From positions 10,602,001 to 10,666,000 of the forward strand of contig JBHGNT010000013.1 of the NCBI GenBank assembly GCA_043228905.1: DNA of 64,000 nt, in the 5' to 3' direction. Below are positions 38,237-51,150 of this stretch, piece after piece (position 1 is the stretch's first letter; every line of letters starts with the position of its first letter). This stretch comes from Azolla caroliniana. Lineage: Eukaryota; Plantae; Polypodiophyta. The notes under the pieces were generated by a model that was not told where the DNA came from, did no database searches, and saw only the letters and a list, made by a program, of their open reading frames with translations. The position numbers and the translations under genes were made by a program.

Positions 38237-41200
38237 GATCTGTGCAGCCCATTAGTGGTTCCATTCCCTCTAAGCAAGTTAGTGATGTGTTCGTAGCCCA
38301 AGTAATAGTTAGTACTAAAAGTACCTCTCCAGTACATGTCCTAGCACTCCTAGATTCCGGAGCTAACTCTTGCTTTATGGATAAGAAATTTGCTCAAGCT
38401 CATAAGATATCCCTAAGAAAACTCTAGTGTCCAGCCTTTGTAGTAGTCATTGTTGGACGTCCCATTGCTTCTGGAAATATCATAGAACAGTCAGAGCCCA
38501 TTAATATTGTCCTAGATAACTTAGCATGTGTAGTATCATTTAATATTATTAGTATCCCAGAACATCCTATAGTTTTAGGATTACCGTGGTTCGAGTTACA
38601 TAACCCAAACATAGATTGTAGAACAAGAGAAATCCGGTGTCAACAAACCCAAGGGTCCACTCAGAAGATGACAACCATTTCGCTACGTCAGTTGCGTAAA
38701 GAAGGGCGCAAGGAGGAAATGTTCCTCTTCGCAATATCAGTAAACCCCTCCAGCACCACTAAAGAAGAATCCACCGTTCAACTTCCCAAGAAGTATCGTC
38801 ATTACGCCGATGTGTTCGATAAAGTACAAGCCAACACACTTCCTCATCATCGACCATACGATTGCCCCATCGATTTACAACCAGAAAAAGAGCCGCCATG
38901 GGGACCGATCTACAATTTTTCACCAACCGAGTTGGAAGTCCTTTGGGCCTATATAGAGGAGAATTTGGAAAATGGTTTCATTCGGCATTCGAAATCTCCA
39001 GCCGGCGCGCCCATTTTCTTCTTCAAGAAAAAGGATGGATCGCTTCGTCTCGTTGTAGATTACCGTGGCTTGAATAAGGTTACAATCAGAAATAGGTATG
39101 CTCTTCCCCTTATCTCAAGTCTTTTAGAACGGATCAATGGTGCCAGGTTCTTCACGAAGATTGACTTATGGGGAGCATATAACCTCGTACGGATCCGACC
39201 AGGAGACGAATGGAAGACCGCGTTTCGCACCAGATATGGGCACTTCGAGTATACAGCCATGCCGTTCGGCCTCACTAATGCGCCGACAGTCTTCCAACAC
39301 ATGGCTAATGATATATTCCGAGATCTATTGGATGATTGTTTGATCATCTATTTGGATGATCTACTGGTTTATTCAAAGACCCAAGAAGAACATGATTCTC
39401 ATGTACTATTAGTACTAAAACGACTTCGAGAACATGGTTTGTATGCAAAGCTGGAAAAATGTAGTTTCGGGTGCAACCAAGTGGACTTTCTCGGCTACAT
39501 CATTTCGTCAGAAGGCATCTCCATGGACCCAGCTAAGGTCAAAACGGTGGTAGAATGGCAAACTCTGCGTTCGGTGCGGGATGTGCAATGCTTCCTAGGC
39601 TTTGCCAATTTTTACCGGAAGTTCATACAAGATTACTCAAAGATCGTTCTACCTCTCACACAACTTACTAGGAAGAGACAACTGTTCATCTGGTCTGAAG
39701 AAATGGACATGGCTTTCGAGAGTCTTAAAAAGGCATTTACATCGGCTCCAATTCTAGCTCATGTCGATCCAGAAAAACCATTCATTATCGAAGCTGACGC
39801 ATCGGATTTTGCATTGGGGAGCACTTTGTCACAACAGGGGAATGATGAGAAGCTACATCCTGTGGCTTTTCACTCACGCAAGTTTGACGCCGCCGAAATC
39901 AACTACGAAATTCATGATAAGGAACTATTGGCAATAGTGGATTCTTTTATGCAATGGAGGCATTTTCTGGAGGGATCCTCTCATCCAGTCACCGTATTTA
40001 GTGACCACAAGAATCTTGCCTACTTTCAGGATGCTTGTGTGTTGAATCGACGTCAAGCTCGGTGGGCCCACTTCCTCACGCGTTTCGACTTCAAAATTAC
40101 ATATCGTCTGGGGAAGCATCAAGGGAAGGCAAATGCATTATCACGGCGTTGTCGTAGTGTATTCCACACACTACGTGAAAACCATAAAATAATATATCCG
40201 ATTTTAGATACATATAGATAAATAAATAATATATCAAAAGAATTTATCACGTGCATAGGGCAGGATTTGAACCATGCACCTCCATGTAAATAAACCCCAA
40301 CTTTACCATTGTAATAACTTATCTTTAGTGTTATAAATATAGATTTAATACGTATAAGACCTTTATTTACACATACCTTTATTAAAAGGTAAAAATCATG
40401 TATTCTTTAGAGTGTGAATATTTTATTTACACGTGACATTAAAAGTGACTCGTGCACATCTAGCGTGCATGAGCCCTATATTTAGGAAATGACAAAGCAT
40501 CACATGCACATTTAGTGTGCATGGACACTTTAGGTGAAAAAGCATGAAGCCATGCTTAGCCTCTTCCATCTTTATATAAGGAGGAGAGAAATATGTATAT
40601 GGTTGTTGATTAATATAGAAGAATTGATCAATCTAATAGATTCGTGGGATTCACGAGGTTGCTATCTTACTTCTCTTTCCACTATTCATAACTAGCCTTA
40701 AGTTGTATTCCTCTTCCTCCTAGTCAAAAACCTCGGCGGTTCCCACCCGACTCACGCAACGATCCGGAGCCGAAGGGCACGACAGCGTTCGTATCTAGCA
40801 CCCCGTCCCGGCGAGCCAACTTTCGATAACCAAAAACAAGTCATCTTGCAACCGACAGGACTACAAGCAACACAGATCTTTGACATGCCTATGGATTCCC
40901 GCGTTATCGATACCATACATGAATACTTGAAGACAGATGCGTTCGCCCAAGCTATACTAGCACAAATTGATCCCTCTCGAGCGTCGTGTTCACAATCGCA
41001 ACCACCAGGTACGGACTATCGGCAATTCAAATACCATGATGGATTACTCTTCTTTAAAGAACTTTTCTATGTTCCTAATGGTTCTTGCCGCCTTCGAGTA
41101 GTACAAAACCGTCATGACACATATACAGTTGGGCATTTTGGTAGTACTAAAACATTACATTTAGTACAACGATCATTTTGGTGGCCCTGTATGCGACAAT

Positions 41201-42420
41201 TTGTCGAGGATTTTGTTCGGACTTGTGATACATGTTGCAGAGCAAAAATGCCAAGGCATCATCCATATGGTTTATTAGAACCATTACCAATTCCAAGCAA
41301 GCCGTGGCAATCCATTGCTCTAGACTTCATCACAGATCTTCCAGTCTCTAAGGGGTTCAATGCGATTCTAATGGTGGTTGATCGATATACGAAGATGGTT
41401 CATTTCTTGCCATGTACTAAGGAGATCTCCAGTGAAGACACTGCCGAAATTGTCATGCGTGAAGTATGTCGGCATCATGGACTTCCCAATAGTATCATCA
41501 GCGACCGTGGACCCCAATTCGTGTCAAAATTCTGGAAGCACCTTTTTAACATGCTCAAGGTCACTTGTAACCTCTCCTCCAGCTACCACCCACAAACCGA
41601 CGGCCAAGCTGAACGAACAAATCAAACCCTGGAGCAGTATCTGCAGTGCTTTCTCAGCTATCATCGGGATGACTGGGCAGATATTCTCCACTTCGCCGAA
41701 TTTGCCTATAACAACTCTATCCACGCATCCACTAAAGTTACGCCATTTTATGCTTATACGGGATGTCACCCCCGGTGGAATGTACTTGAAACTCCAGAGG
41801 TGTCCACAAATCCGTGCGCGGAGGATCGTTTGGAGCGGTTACACAAGATACAAGCGGATTTATCTACTCATCTCTAGCAAGCTCAACAAACACACAAGGT
41901 CTACACGGATCGTCATCGACTTCCATCCAGTTTTAATATTAGAGATCGGGTGTGGCTGCTACAACGACACATCAAGACTACTCGCCCATGTGAGAAGTTG
42001 GATTATCGGCGATTAGGTCCTTTCCATATTATTGGACAGATTAATGATGTCGCTTTTCGTCTCGATCTACCTCCTCAACTTCGGATACATCTAGTGTTTC
42101 ATAGTTCTCTCCTCGAACCCTACCACGATAGCACCATCCTAGGACGTCTTATCCAACCTCCACCCCCGATCGAGCTTGAAGATGGGCCGGAGTACGAGGT
42201 TGCCGCCATCCTTGATTCCAAGATTGTTTGCAACAAGCTCTACTATCTAGTCGATTGGCTAGGCTATAGTCCTAGCGAACGTACTTGGGAACCGATCGAG
42301 AATGTGACCAATGCTCGTGCTCTTCTTGAAGACTTCCATCGTCAATATCCACACAAACCGGGTCCTCAATCCAAGACGACTCGTGACACTCGTCGTTTTA
42401 AAGGGGGGATAGTGTCATGA
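38190..42420 (+). pseudogene. pol of chromovirus A, split by a solo LTR and stops
   Basis: LLDSGA, YLDD, EADASD, HHCC, LDFITDL, SDRGPQF, GPF and chromodomain YEVAAILD...YLVDWLGY...WEP. Confidence 0.92.
40150..40784 (+). mobile_element. Solo LTR (TGTCG...CGACA group) inserted in pol of chromovirus A
   Basis: 4-bp TSD GCGT. Removing it restores ...ALSRRSYLAPRPG. It shares AACC.CGGCGGTTCC with the U5 of the 58633 LTR. Confidence 0.92.
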
Positions 42421-42916
42421 TATGGCAAGACTCGAACCCATGACCTTAGGTTATATGGGTCGAGCTCTTGACCATTAGATCATCTATTGTAATACGTAAG
42501 ATATTATTTTCATTTACATTTTATAGGAAATTAGTGTATATTCCAGATTTCTCTGGAACATTCTAGAAGCTTCAGGATTACTCCTGAAAACACTATAAAA
42601 GAGAGCACTAGGCATTATGTTGAACCAAATTGGTTCAACGCCAGTCTTAAGCCTTTTAGCCATCATTGTATATTCTCTTCACATAATACATATCTTTCTT
42701 ATCATCACTCTCTCCCTCTCTCGATCTCTCTCTTTCTCTCCGTCTCGCTCACTTCTTCCTTCTCTCGAAGAAGTTCTACACCTCTCATAGTACTAATCCT
42801 TCGTTTAGTACTAATTCCTTCTCTGTCTTAGTACTGTTCCTGACACCGGTGAGCTTCTTCATTCAGCAAGCTCAACTTCACCGTCTCTAGGGATAGATGC
42901 TTCCCTTCTGGTCTAG

Positions 42917-43580
42917 TGTCGCGGTTTTCCACAGGTATGTGTCAAAATGGGCGGGACCACCGGGGCCTCGGACTAAGGAGGCGGTGAGAGAAGAAGGTTG
43001 TCCGGTGTTGGCTCCCTCTTTGGAAGCAACACCTTCGATTTCTTAGTGAAATGGGGTACGTGGTGGACACAACAAAATACGTGCAGGGTTGCTCTATAAC
43101 CCGTTCGTGTAACGATCGCCTAGCGTACTCAGTCGTAGACAAGACCTTAATTCAAGAATGTAGAATTACGTAATGATCTGAACACAAAACGGAGTACTGA
43201 CCCAAAATTGTATATGTATTATGATTGAAAAGAAAACATAGTACACGGCTCACAACCAGAATTATGACCAAAGTAATTATAGTTATGTATCAGAATCTGC
43301 TATCTTAGCAAACAATCTTTTCATGCCCCCTTGTCTATGTTCTGGTCCACGTTTTTATAGTTCTTTTCTTCTTCTTGCTCGGTTGGCTTTATTCTTCCCT
43401 CATTTTAGGTTGCACATATTACGGCTAGCTGTGTTCTTCGTTAACTTCTTGATTTTGGTTGCCTTTACCTACTTCGCCTACCTTTGGGTTCGTTTCATAC
43501 TTAATTTACAAAATTGGCACACGGACAACATTCGGAACGGTTTCCGGACACGTATGTGCTCCGGATTGATGTTGGGATGC
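42917..43580 (-). mobile_element. U5 end of an LTR related to 25825; right boundary not resolved
   Basis: TGTCGCGG...GGGACCAC.GGGG.CT.GGACTA.GGAG matches the 25825 terminus. It interrupts the copia gag. Confidence 0.6.
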
Positions 43581-44039
43581 CAGATGATGCGTGCACAGGA
43601 TCAGATTTGTAGAAAACAAAGTTTATATTGCAAAATGGGAAATATACTAGAAAGGATTATTTTGAGACTAGGCCAAATACTAGACAAGATTATACTAAGA
43701 ATAGGCAAAATATTAGACATGATTATTTTGAGTCTTGCAAACTTTCGAATTAGAATAGCTTGTATTTTACTAGAGTGATCATGGCAAGCATGGAAAATAC
43801 TAAACTAGATTAATTTGTGGAAACTACACAAGAAAACTTTCTATATCTGAATGGGAGTTAGTTGTTATCAAAGTGCTTAGATATGTTCAAGATACTAGAG
43901 AAGACCACAATGATACTAAACAAATTGAATTTAAGCTATGTTGATATTATTAAAGAATAGTGTTCAAAATACAATTGATTTTTCCATTTTACAGAAAATA
44001 TGATCTATGAGATGCTACAAATTTTATGGCATAGAGTTG

Positions 44040-45062
44040 TATATACACTCATACACATCAACACTAACAGTGTATAAATCTATGAAACTCTTGTATTGCA
44101 ACATCAGTACTTTGATGCACCTCATCAAATGAGAGTACATGTATGCTACCGGTTTGTCATCTGAAAGCTTGTAAACATAATCATATTCATCCACACTTGC
44201 ACAAAAAATACCTTCAATGTAGAATGTCCTAGCAGATACAACATCTCCCCAAGCATCTGTACAATATTGTGAGTTGGATATTGTTTACAAATTGTGCACT
44301 TCAATAAGTAGAATTCAACACCCTCTGAAATTCCTTCGTCTGCATTTACATCAAAATTATCCCCAATATGTACGATATCACTTAGAGTGTCTTTAGATCC
44401 TTAATATGTGAACTCTTAGCGAATGTTTTTGGGCTCTACTTCAGTTGCTTCCTTGTCTACCAATGTATGGTATACCCAATTATAAATATATGTTTTGTTT
44501 GGACATTACCTCCAATTTCCCTATACACAGTGGTACCAAAAACATGTTAATTCTCTAACTGCAATATGATGACCATCATTCTTAGAATAACCACAAATAG
44601 AGTGGAGAGATCATAGTTCAGGAATTGTTTGGCACTTTCATGTCTTCTCTTTGTTTACTTCATCGAACCTCACTTCTCAAAATAAACATTTTATATGTCT
44701 AGCCTAAGAGGAGTAAACACCTATTGCACTAGACGACATATTTTTTCTTAAAGACTCCACTACATGAGCGGCACAATTCATATGCAACCCATAAAGCCTT
44801 CATTGTTCATGGGTAAGTGTTCGCTTTATAACTACACCTGCTCCATCATGTTCACTTTTTCCATGGCCAAACTTGAAAAAGTTGCATGTCATCTCCAATT
44901 CCATCTCACAAGGATACCTGCCAACAAAATAGAATGGTCGTTTAGCCTTCAATTGTGATGCAACTCCATTAGACCAAACTCAATGTTGAGTAAGTTCCAA
45001 ATGTTGATCTAACAACCATTTCCAATGTAATTTAAAATACTGTTAGACAAACAAGAGATCAC
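44040..45062 (-). pseudogene. Second, intronless copy of the Sola-like transposase (degenerate)
   Basis: DLLFV*QYFKLHW...VWSNGVASQLK...FVGRYP...NFFKFGHGKSEHDGAGVVIK. Confidence 0.75.
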
Positions 45063-45064
45063 CA

Positions 45065-45980
45065 AACGTAAAGAAATGAATTACTTTCTATGAATTTTCC
45101 TTCTTATCTAGTTAGTTGTGGCTAATAACTATGGTAATGTAAATAGCTTATCAATTTTTGTTACCTAATTAGCTATTGAATAGTGTATTTTCCTTCATAG
45201 CTAATTAGTTATCTTGATAATAAGAAGTGGTGTTAAGTTCGTTAGTCTTCTTTTGTGTTTATTTCTACTATCTTCTATTTATCAAGAGAGTGAACACGAG
45301 AGAGCAAGTGTTAGTTGGTGCTAGGATGCCCAAGAATAAAGCTCAATATGAAATATTCAAGTATCATAACAATCAAAGAAGGAAGGAATTTGAAGAGATA
45401 AAGTTAGAGGCATTTTTCAGATGTAGAAAAAAGTAGAAAAATGCAAGGTGTGGATACAATGATTTAGATAGATAAAAAAAGCTCATAACTTCTTCATCCG
45501 ATATCCAAATTTCGAAATAAAAGATGCATAAAAAATTTGACGACAACTTTCCAAAAATATTTTGTATGAAAAAATTGGAATTGCAAAGGAGAAATAGCGA
45601 TATAAAAAGATAGTGACATAGACTCGAGTATATTTAAAAAAAAACAAGAATAACACAACCAAAACCCTATAAATATGAGGGAATTTCTAGCCATAAAAAA
45701 GGAAGAAGAAGAATAGAAGGTCTACAAGAAGTGAGTAAAAGCTTGATAGAAGGACGGAAGAAGGCAAGTCTATTGTTATTTAGAGTCATAGAAAGAAAGG
45801 GAGTTCTTTGGAGTTGGGTTTGTATTTGGAGTCTAAGAAGAACTTGTGTTATTCCCCTTTCCTCTTACTCTTCTCTTCTCTATCTCTCTTCATCACTAAT
45901 CACTAAGGTTAGTTTAGTAGCTCAAGAGTGATCGAAAACCACTATTGCCCGGTTCACTACCAATTGGGTATAAGCCAGTT
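45065..45980 (+). mobile_element. Probable old LTR with a decayed PBS
   Basis: Interrupts the transposase; CTATAAAT at ~45667; ends CACTACCA followed by TTGGGTATAAGCC, like a decayed iMet PBS. Confidence 0.4.
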
Positions 45981-46019
45981 CAAATCCCTGGACGAACAAT
46001 ATTGACAAGAGGGAGAACT

Positions 46020-47138
46020 CCATTAATCTGTAGATGTGTTCTGATGACTTGCACAATGAAGGCACACATTTATACATGATAATATAGAATTTACTATACT
46101 ATAACTTTGATATTGTTAGGCTTCCATTGATGAAATGACTTAGGAGATGGTACCTTTGGTATCAATTTGATAAGGCCCACCTTCAAACTCTCGAGCATGG
46201 AACTTGAATCCCAATTTTGTTGAAACATTTGTGTGAATGGCCTCTTAAGAATGCAAAAATATATCTTAAACACTTCATTTGTAATATCATCCCAATCATT
46301 GATTTTACCATTTGGAAGGTGTAAAAAATCATTTTCCGTTTCTACTTCTTGTCACGATATAGTGACAAAAGTACATAGTTGGTGAGGATTGAACCTACAA
46401 CCTCACGTCAACCAAATATCATGCTCAACCATTTTAATATAAACATATTTTTATGTTTAATAGTTGATCTAGAAATACTCTTTAGTCACATACCTCTAGA
46501 AAGTTCTAGAACTAGAGGATTCTAGAATATTCTCCAAAGTATTCCAATGCATGTACTTTAGCTCACAGTATAAATACTTGTAACCTTCTTGGTCTCTTTC
46601 AAATGTTTCAACACCAGCCATTGACATATTAATCTAGTTTCCTCATTTCATACCATATTGTTTCCTTGATCTTCATATTTGGCTTCATGCTCTCTAGTTA
46701 ATCCTAGCTTCCTAAGTTCATTGTCTCATCACTCAAAACTTCTACAGTTCTTAGCCTCATCACTTCTAGTTCCACATTCATAGCCTTATCGATCTTAGCC
46801 TCGTCATCCGTGATCCGTCGTAGTCAATGGTTTGTGTGTCCGTGACACTTCTTTAAAATCAACATCCAACTCTTGACAAATATTTGTACTCATACTACAA
46901 TCAACCACATATTGGCTTTCAAGATATCATCATTAATAATCAATTCTAGTTCAATCAAATCATTAAAATAAGACACAGATACTTCAATAACCTTGATTGG
47001 GAACAGACACTTGATTGGGTCCACAACAATCTCATCTTCTATCTTAACTTACACTGCATTTGATCTCATCTTATCTCTTAATCTCATGGTCTTAATCCTT
47101 GAAACAACATATGAGATTTGACTAATTATATATAAAAC
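46020..47138 (-). pseudogene. L1-type LINE RT fragment
   Basis: LPNGK..WDDITNEVF...GLIKLIPK...WKP. Confidence 0.6.
46350..46847 (+). mobile_element. Solo LTR with an antisense tRNA-like module
   Basis: TGTCACG...CGTGACA, 5-bp TSD CTTCT, and TATAAATA at ~46569. Confidence 0.9.
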
Positions 47139-47515
47139 TGTCAGGAATAGTACTAAAACAGAGATGGAATTAGTACTAAAGAAGAGTAGTACTATTGGTA
47201 CTAAGGGGACGGGACTGCGTAAGACTCCCGAGAGAGGAAGTGAGAAGAGGAGAGAGAGAGAGATAGCAAGAATGAGAGAGAGAGAGAGATGATGACAACA
47301 GCTAATATATTATGTGAAAGATAAGTACAAAGCGGCTAAGAGGCTTAAGACTGGTGTTGAACCAATTTGGTTCAAAACAATGCCTTGTGCCTCTTTTTAT
47401 AGTGTTTTTAGGAATAAGCTTGAAGCTTCTAGAATGTTCCAGAGAGATCTGGAATATACATCAATTTTCTATGATAAAGCATAAATGAAAATAATATCCT
47501 ACAAATTACAATTCA

Positions 47516-47569
47516 TAGTCTAATGGTAAGAGCTCGACCCATGTAGCATAAGGTCATGGGTTCGAGTCT
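47516..47569 (+). promoter_or_regulatory. tRNA-type Pol III A/B-box pair in the chromovirus B LTR (also in the other three A/B LTRs)
   Basis: TAGTCTAATGG at 47516-47526 and GGTTCGAGTCT at 47559-47569, a 43-nt offset. Confidence 0.7.
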
Positions 47570-47679
47570 TGCCATATCATGACACTATCTCCCCCTTAAA
47601 GACGACGAGTGGAACGAGTCGGTGCTGATTGCGGACCAGGTTTGTCTGGATATTTTCGGTGGAAATCAGCAAGAAGATC

Positions 47680-50600
47680 CTATGCTTTGGCAACATGCTC
47701 GACGGGTTCCCAAGTACGTTCGCTCGGACTATAACCGAGCCAATCGACCAAGTAATAAAGGTTGTTGCGAACAAGTTTGGAATCGAGGATGGCAGCAACT
47801 TCATACTCCGGGCCGGCGTCCAACTCCAGCGGGGGCGGCGGTGGTGTCACACGATCGGGAAAGGTGTTTGCTTTATAAGGTTCAAGAAGAGAACAATGGA
47901 AAACCGGATGTATCTGAAGCTGCGGAGGGAGATCAAGGCGAAATGTGACATCATTAATCTTACCTGTAATACGGAAGGGACCGAGTCGTCGATAATCCAA
48001 CTTGTCGCACGGTCGAGTAGTCTTGATGTGACGACGTAAGAGCCATACTCGATCTCCGATGGCAAAAGAGGAGGGAATCCGATGACGATCTGCATAAGTC
48101 TTCTGTGTGTGTTGAGCATGACGAAGGTGAGTAGAGAGATCCATCTGGATCTTGCGTAGCCTCTCCAAATGATCCTCGGCACGAGGGTTGGTAGGTAGCT
48201 CCGGGGTGTCAATCACCGACCAGCGAGGATGGAAACCGGTATAAGCAAAAAATGGGGAGACCCGAGTCGAGGAGTGAATAGCATTATTATACGCAAACTC
48301 CGCAAAGTGGAGAATCTCGGCCCAATCGTCCTGTTGATAACTCAGGAAACATTGGAGATAATGCTCCAGCGTTTGGTTTGTTCGTTCCGCCTGTCCGTCG
48401 GTCTGAGGATGGCTGCCGGAGGAGAGGTTGCAGGAGACCTTGAGCATCTTGAAGAGATGCTGCCAAAATTTGGACACAAATTGCGGTCCTCGGTCACTGA
48501 TGATACTGTCTGGGAGGCCATGATACCGAAATACCTCACGCATAACAAGGGCCGCGGTTTCCTCGCTAGTGATGGCTTTAGTACACGGCACAAAATGTGC
48601 CATCTTCGTATATCGATCGACGACGGTTAGGATAGCATCGAAACCCTTCGAGACCGGCAGATCTGTGATAAAATCAAGACAAATAGACTGCCACGGCTTA
48701 CTTGGAATCGGTAAGGGTTCCAACAAGCCATATGGATGGTGTCGTCGCATCTTTGCTCGGCAGCAAGCATCACAGGTCCGAACGTAGTCGTCGACAAAAC
48801 GGCGCATGTGGGGCCACCAAAAAGATCGTTGCACTAGCTCCAACGTCTTAGTACTACCGAAATGTCCTGTCGTATGGGTGTCGTGACAATGTTGGACGAT
48901 TTGAAGGCGACAGGAGCAATCGGGGACATATACGCGCTTTTTAAAGAATAACAAACCATCATGATATTCGAATTGTCGGTAGTCAATACCTGGTTGTTGA
49001 GACCGAGAACAGGATGCCCCAGAAGTATCAATGTGTGCCAGGATGTCTTGAGCAAAACTATCCGTTTTCAAGGTTGCACGTATGTCATCGGTAATCCGTG
49101 AATCCATCGGGGTGTGAAAAATCCGCGTCGTGTGCAATCGTGTTGGTCCCAAGATTACTTGCTTTTGATTATCAAATGTTGCATCACCAGGACGAGGTGC
49201 AAGATATGAACGTTGTGATAGTGCATCTATTTTTCCTTGCTGCTTCCCCGGTCGATATATGATTTTGAATTGCGCCCACCGAGCTTGCCGTCGATTTAGT
49301 ACGCGAGCGTTCTGAAAATAAGCAAGATTTTTATGATCGCTAAAGACAATGACATGATGTGGAGAGCCCTCTAAGAAATGCCTCCATTGCACAAATGAAT
49401 CCACGATGGCTAATAATTCCTTGTCATGTATTTCGTAGTTGATTTCTGCGACATCAAATTTGCACGAATGGAAAGCCACCGGATGCAACTCTTCTTTATC
49501 TCCTTGTTGAGAAAGGATGCTACCGAGGGCGAAATTTGATGCGTCGGCCTCCATGATGAATGGTTTTCTTGTATCCACATGAGCTAGAATCGGTGCTGAT
49601 GTAAAGGCTTTCTTAAGATGCCGAAAAGCCATATCTGCTTCGATGGACCAAAGAAATGCTTGGCCCTTCTTCGTAAGTTGTGTGAGAGGTAAAATAATCT
49701 TCGAGTAATCCTGTATAAACTTACGGTAGAAGTTAGCAAAACCTAGAAAACATTGTACATCTCGTACTGACCGTGGAATTTGCCACTCTAGTACAGTTTG
49801 AATTTTAGCTCGATCCATGGCGATGCCCTTTGAGGAGATGACATAGCCTAGAAATTCCACTTGCTTGCAATCAAAGCTACATTTTTCTAGCTTGGCATAA
49901 AGACCATTCTCGCGGAGTCGCTTTAGTACTAATAGTACATGAGAATCGTGCTCTTCTTGGGTCTTCGAATAAATCAATAGATCATCCAGATAGATGATCA
50001 AGCAGATATCCAAGAGGTCTCTGAATATATCATTTGCCATGTGTTGGAAGACTGCGGGTGCATTGGTTAGGCCGAACGGCATAACAGTATACTCGAAATG
50101 CCCATACCGCGTGCGAAAGGCGGTCTTCCATTCATCTCCCGGTCGGATCCACACGAGGTTATACGCTCCTCGTAGGTCGATTTTAGTAAAAAACTTGGCA
50201 CCATTAACTCGCTCTAAAAGACTTGATATAAGAGGAAGTGCATACCTATTCCGGATGGTGACTTTATTCAATCCGCGGTAATCAACGACGAGACGAAGTG
50301 AGCCATCTTTCTTCTTGACAAAGAAGATGGGTGCACCGGCCGGAGATTTCGAATGACGGATGAACCTGCTTGCCAAATTCTCCTCTATGTAGGCTCGAAG
50401 GACTTCTAACTCGGTGGGTGACAAGTTGTAAATTGGTCCCCATGGTGGCTCGGTTTTTGGTTGTAAATCGATGGGACAGTCATAGGGATGGTGATGAGGA
50501 AGGGTACCGGCTTTTACCTTGTCAAATACATCGGCATAAGGATGATATTTTGCTGGAAGTTGTACTGAGGAGTCCTTCTTAATAGTGCTGGAAGGATGTA

Positions 50601-51150
50601 TTGATATTGCAAATAGGAACATTGCTTCCTTGGGTCCTTCTTCGCGTAGTTGATGGAGTGAAATGGTCGAAACTCGGTGAGTTGATTCTTGGGGTGGTCG
50701 ATATCGGACTTCTCTTGTTCTCCAATCTATGGCTGGATTATGTAATTCAAACCAAGGTAATCCTAGGACAATGGGATGCTCTGGACTACTAATTATATTA
50801 AATGATATTACACACACAAAACTACCTAGGACAACTTGAATGGGTTTTGATTCTTCTACAATATTCCCGGAAGCAATGGGACGACCATCAATGACTACTA
50901 CAGATGCGGGACAAGGAAGTTTTCTTAAGGATATCTGAGAAGCTTGGGCAAAATTTCGATCCATGAAACAGGAATTAGCTCTGGAATCTAAAAGTGCTAG
51001 GACGGGTACTGGGGGAGTACTTTTAGTACTAACAATGACATGGGCTAGGAACACATTGCTAACTTGCTTGGAAGGAATGGAACCACTAATGGGCTGTACA
51101 GATCTAGGACTGTTGTCCAACCAAACGGCTCCTATTTTGGCTGGACTCAA
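47680..51150 (-). CDS. pol polyprotein (PR-RT-RNase H-IN-chromodomain), 1156 aa, probably defective
   Basis: Long ORF with YLDD, DASN, the DDE integrase core and a chromodomain. The protease reads DSR rather than DSG, there is a short deletion after WAQF, and an early stop truncates the chromodomain. Confidence 0.9.
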   Translation of the reverse strand: MSPAKIGAVWLDNSPRSVQPISGSIPSKQVSNVFLAHVIVSTKSTPPVPVLALLDSRANSCFMDRNFAQASQISLRKLPCPASVVVIDGRPIASGNIVEESKPIQVVLGSFVCVISFNIISSPEHPIVLGLPWFELHNPAIDWRTREVRYRPPQESTHRVSTISLHQLREEGPKEAMFLFAISIHPSSTIKKDSSVQLPAKYHPYADVFDKVKAGTLPHHHPYDCPIDLQPKTEPPWGPIYNLSPTELEVLRAYIEENLASRFIRHSKSPAGAPIFFVKKKDGSLRLVVDYRGLNKVTIRNRYALPLISSLLERVNGAKFFTKIDLRGAYNLVWIRPGDEWKTAFRTRYGHFEYTVMPFGLTNAPAVFQHMANDIFRDLLDICLIIYLDDLLIYSKTQEEHDSHVLLVLKRLRENGLYAKLEKCSFDCKQVEFLGYVISSKGIAMDRAKIQTVLEWQIPRSVRDVQCFLGFANFYRKFIQDYSKIILPLTQLTKKGQAFLWSIEADMAFRHLKKAFTSAPILAHVDTRKPFIMEADASNFALGSILSQQGDKEELHPVAFHSCKFDVAEINYEIHDKELLAIVDSFVQWRHFLEGSPHHVIVFSDHKNLAYFQNARVLNRRQARWAQFKIIYRPGKQQGKIDALSQRSYLAPRPGDATFDNQKQVILGPTRLHTTRIFHTPMDSRITDDIRATLKTDSFAQDILAHIDTSGASCSRSQQPGIDYRQFEYHDGLLFFKKRVYVPDCSCRLQIVQHCHDTHTTGHFGSTKTLELVQRSFWWPHMRRFVDDYVRTCDACCRAKMRRHHPYGLLEPLPIPSKPWQSICLDFITDLPVSKGFDAILTVVDRYTKMAHFVPCTKAITSEETAALVMREVFRYHGLPDSIISDRGPQFVSKFWQHLFKMLKVSCNLSSGSHPQTDGQAERTNQTLEHYLQCFLSYQQDDWAEILHFAEFAYNNAIHSSTRVSPFFAYTGFHPRWSVIDTPELPTNPRAEDHLERLRKIQMDLSTHLRHAQHTQKTYADRHRIPSSFAIGDRVWLLRRHIKTTRPCDKLDYRRLGPFRITGKINDVTFRLDLPPQLQIHPVFHCSLLEPYKANTFPDRVTPPPPPLELDAGPEYEVAAILDSKLVRNNLYYLVDWLGYSPSERTWEPVEHVAKA

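Larger units (their letters stand above)
36575..42845 (+). mobile_element. Full-length Ty3/gypsy chromovirus A (Tcn1/Tf1-sushi-like)
   Basis: 433-bp LTRs at 36575-37007 and 42413-42845 (about 3 differences by eye), TSD CCGGT, PPT AAAGGGGGGATAG, and gag-PR-RT-RH-IN-chromodomain order. Confidence 0.97.
24188..42916 (-). mobile_element. Ty1/copia element fragmented by six nested insertions; 5' part not in evidence
   Basis: Gag at 42846-42912 and 36392-36574 (CFYCGKLGHFQKNC); protease WVVDSGASFH at ~30290; integrase 29224-29920 (VHTDVC, FIDD); RT 27892-28230 (VPYASEVGSLMY); RNase H ~25000-25295 (KHIQRRYHW); PPT at ~24971; 3' LTR 24188-24969. Confidence 0.85.

Noticed and set aside
43323-43778. 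151-aa ORF with 11-aa repeats
   Set aside because: Arises from a 33-bp DNA repeat in or next to an LTR remnant; no domain support.
48229-48630. Antisense ORFs over the pol genes (also 61463-62069)
   Set aside because: Expected shadow ORFs of GC-richer coding DNA, with no independent evidence.
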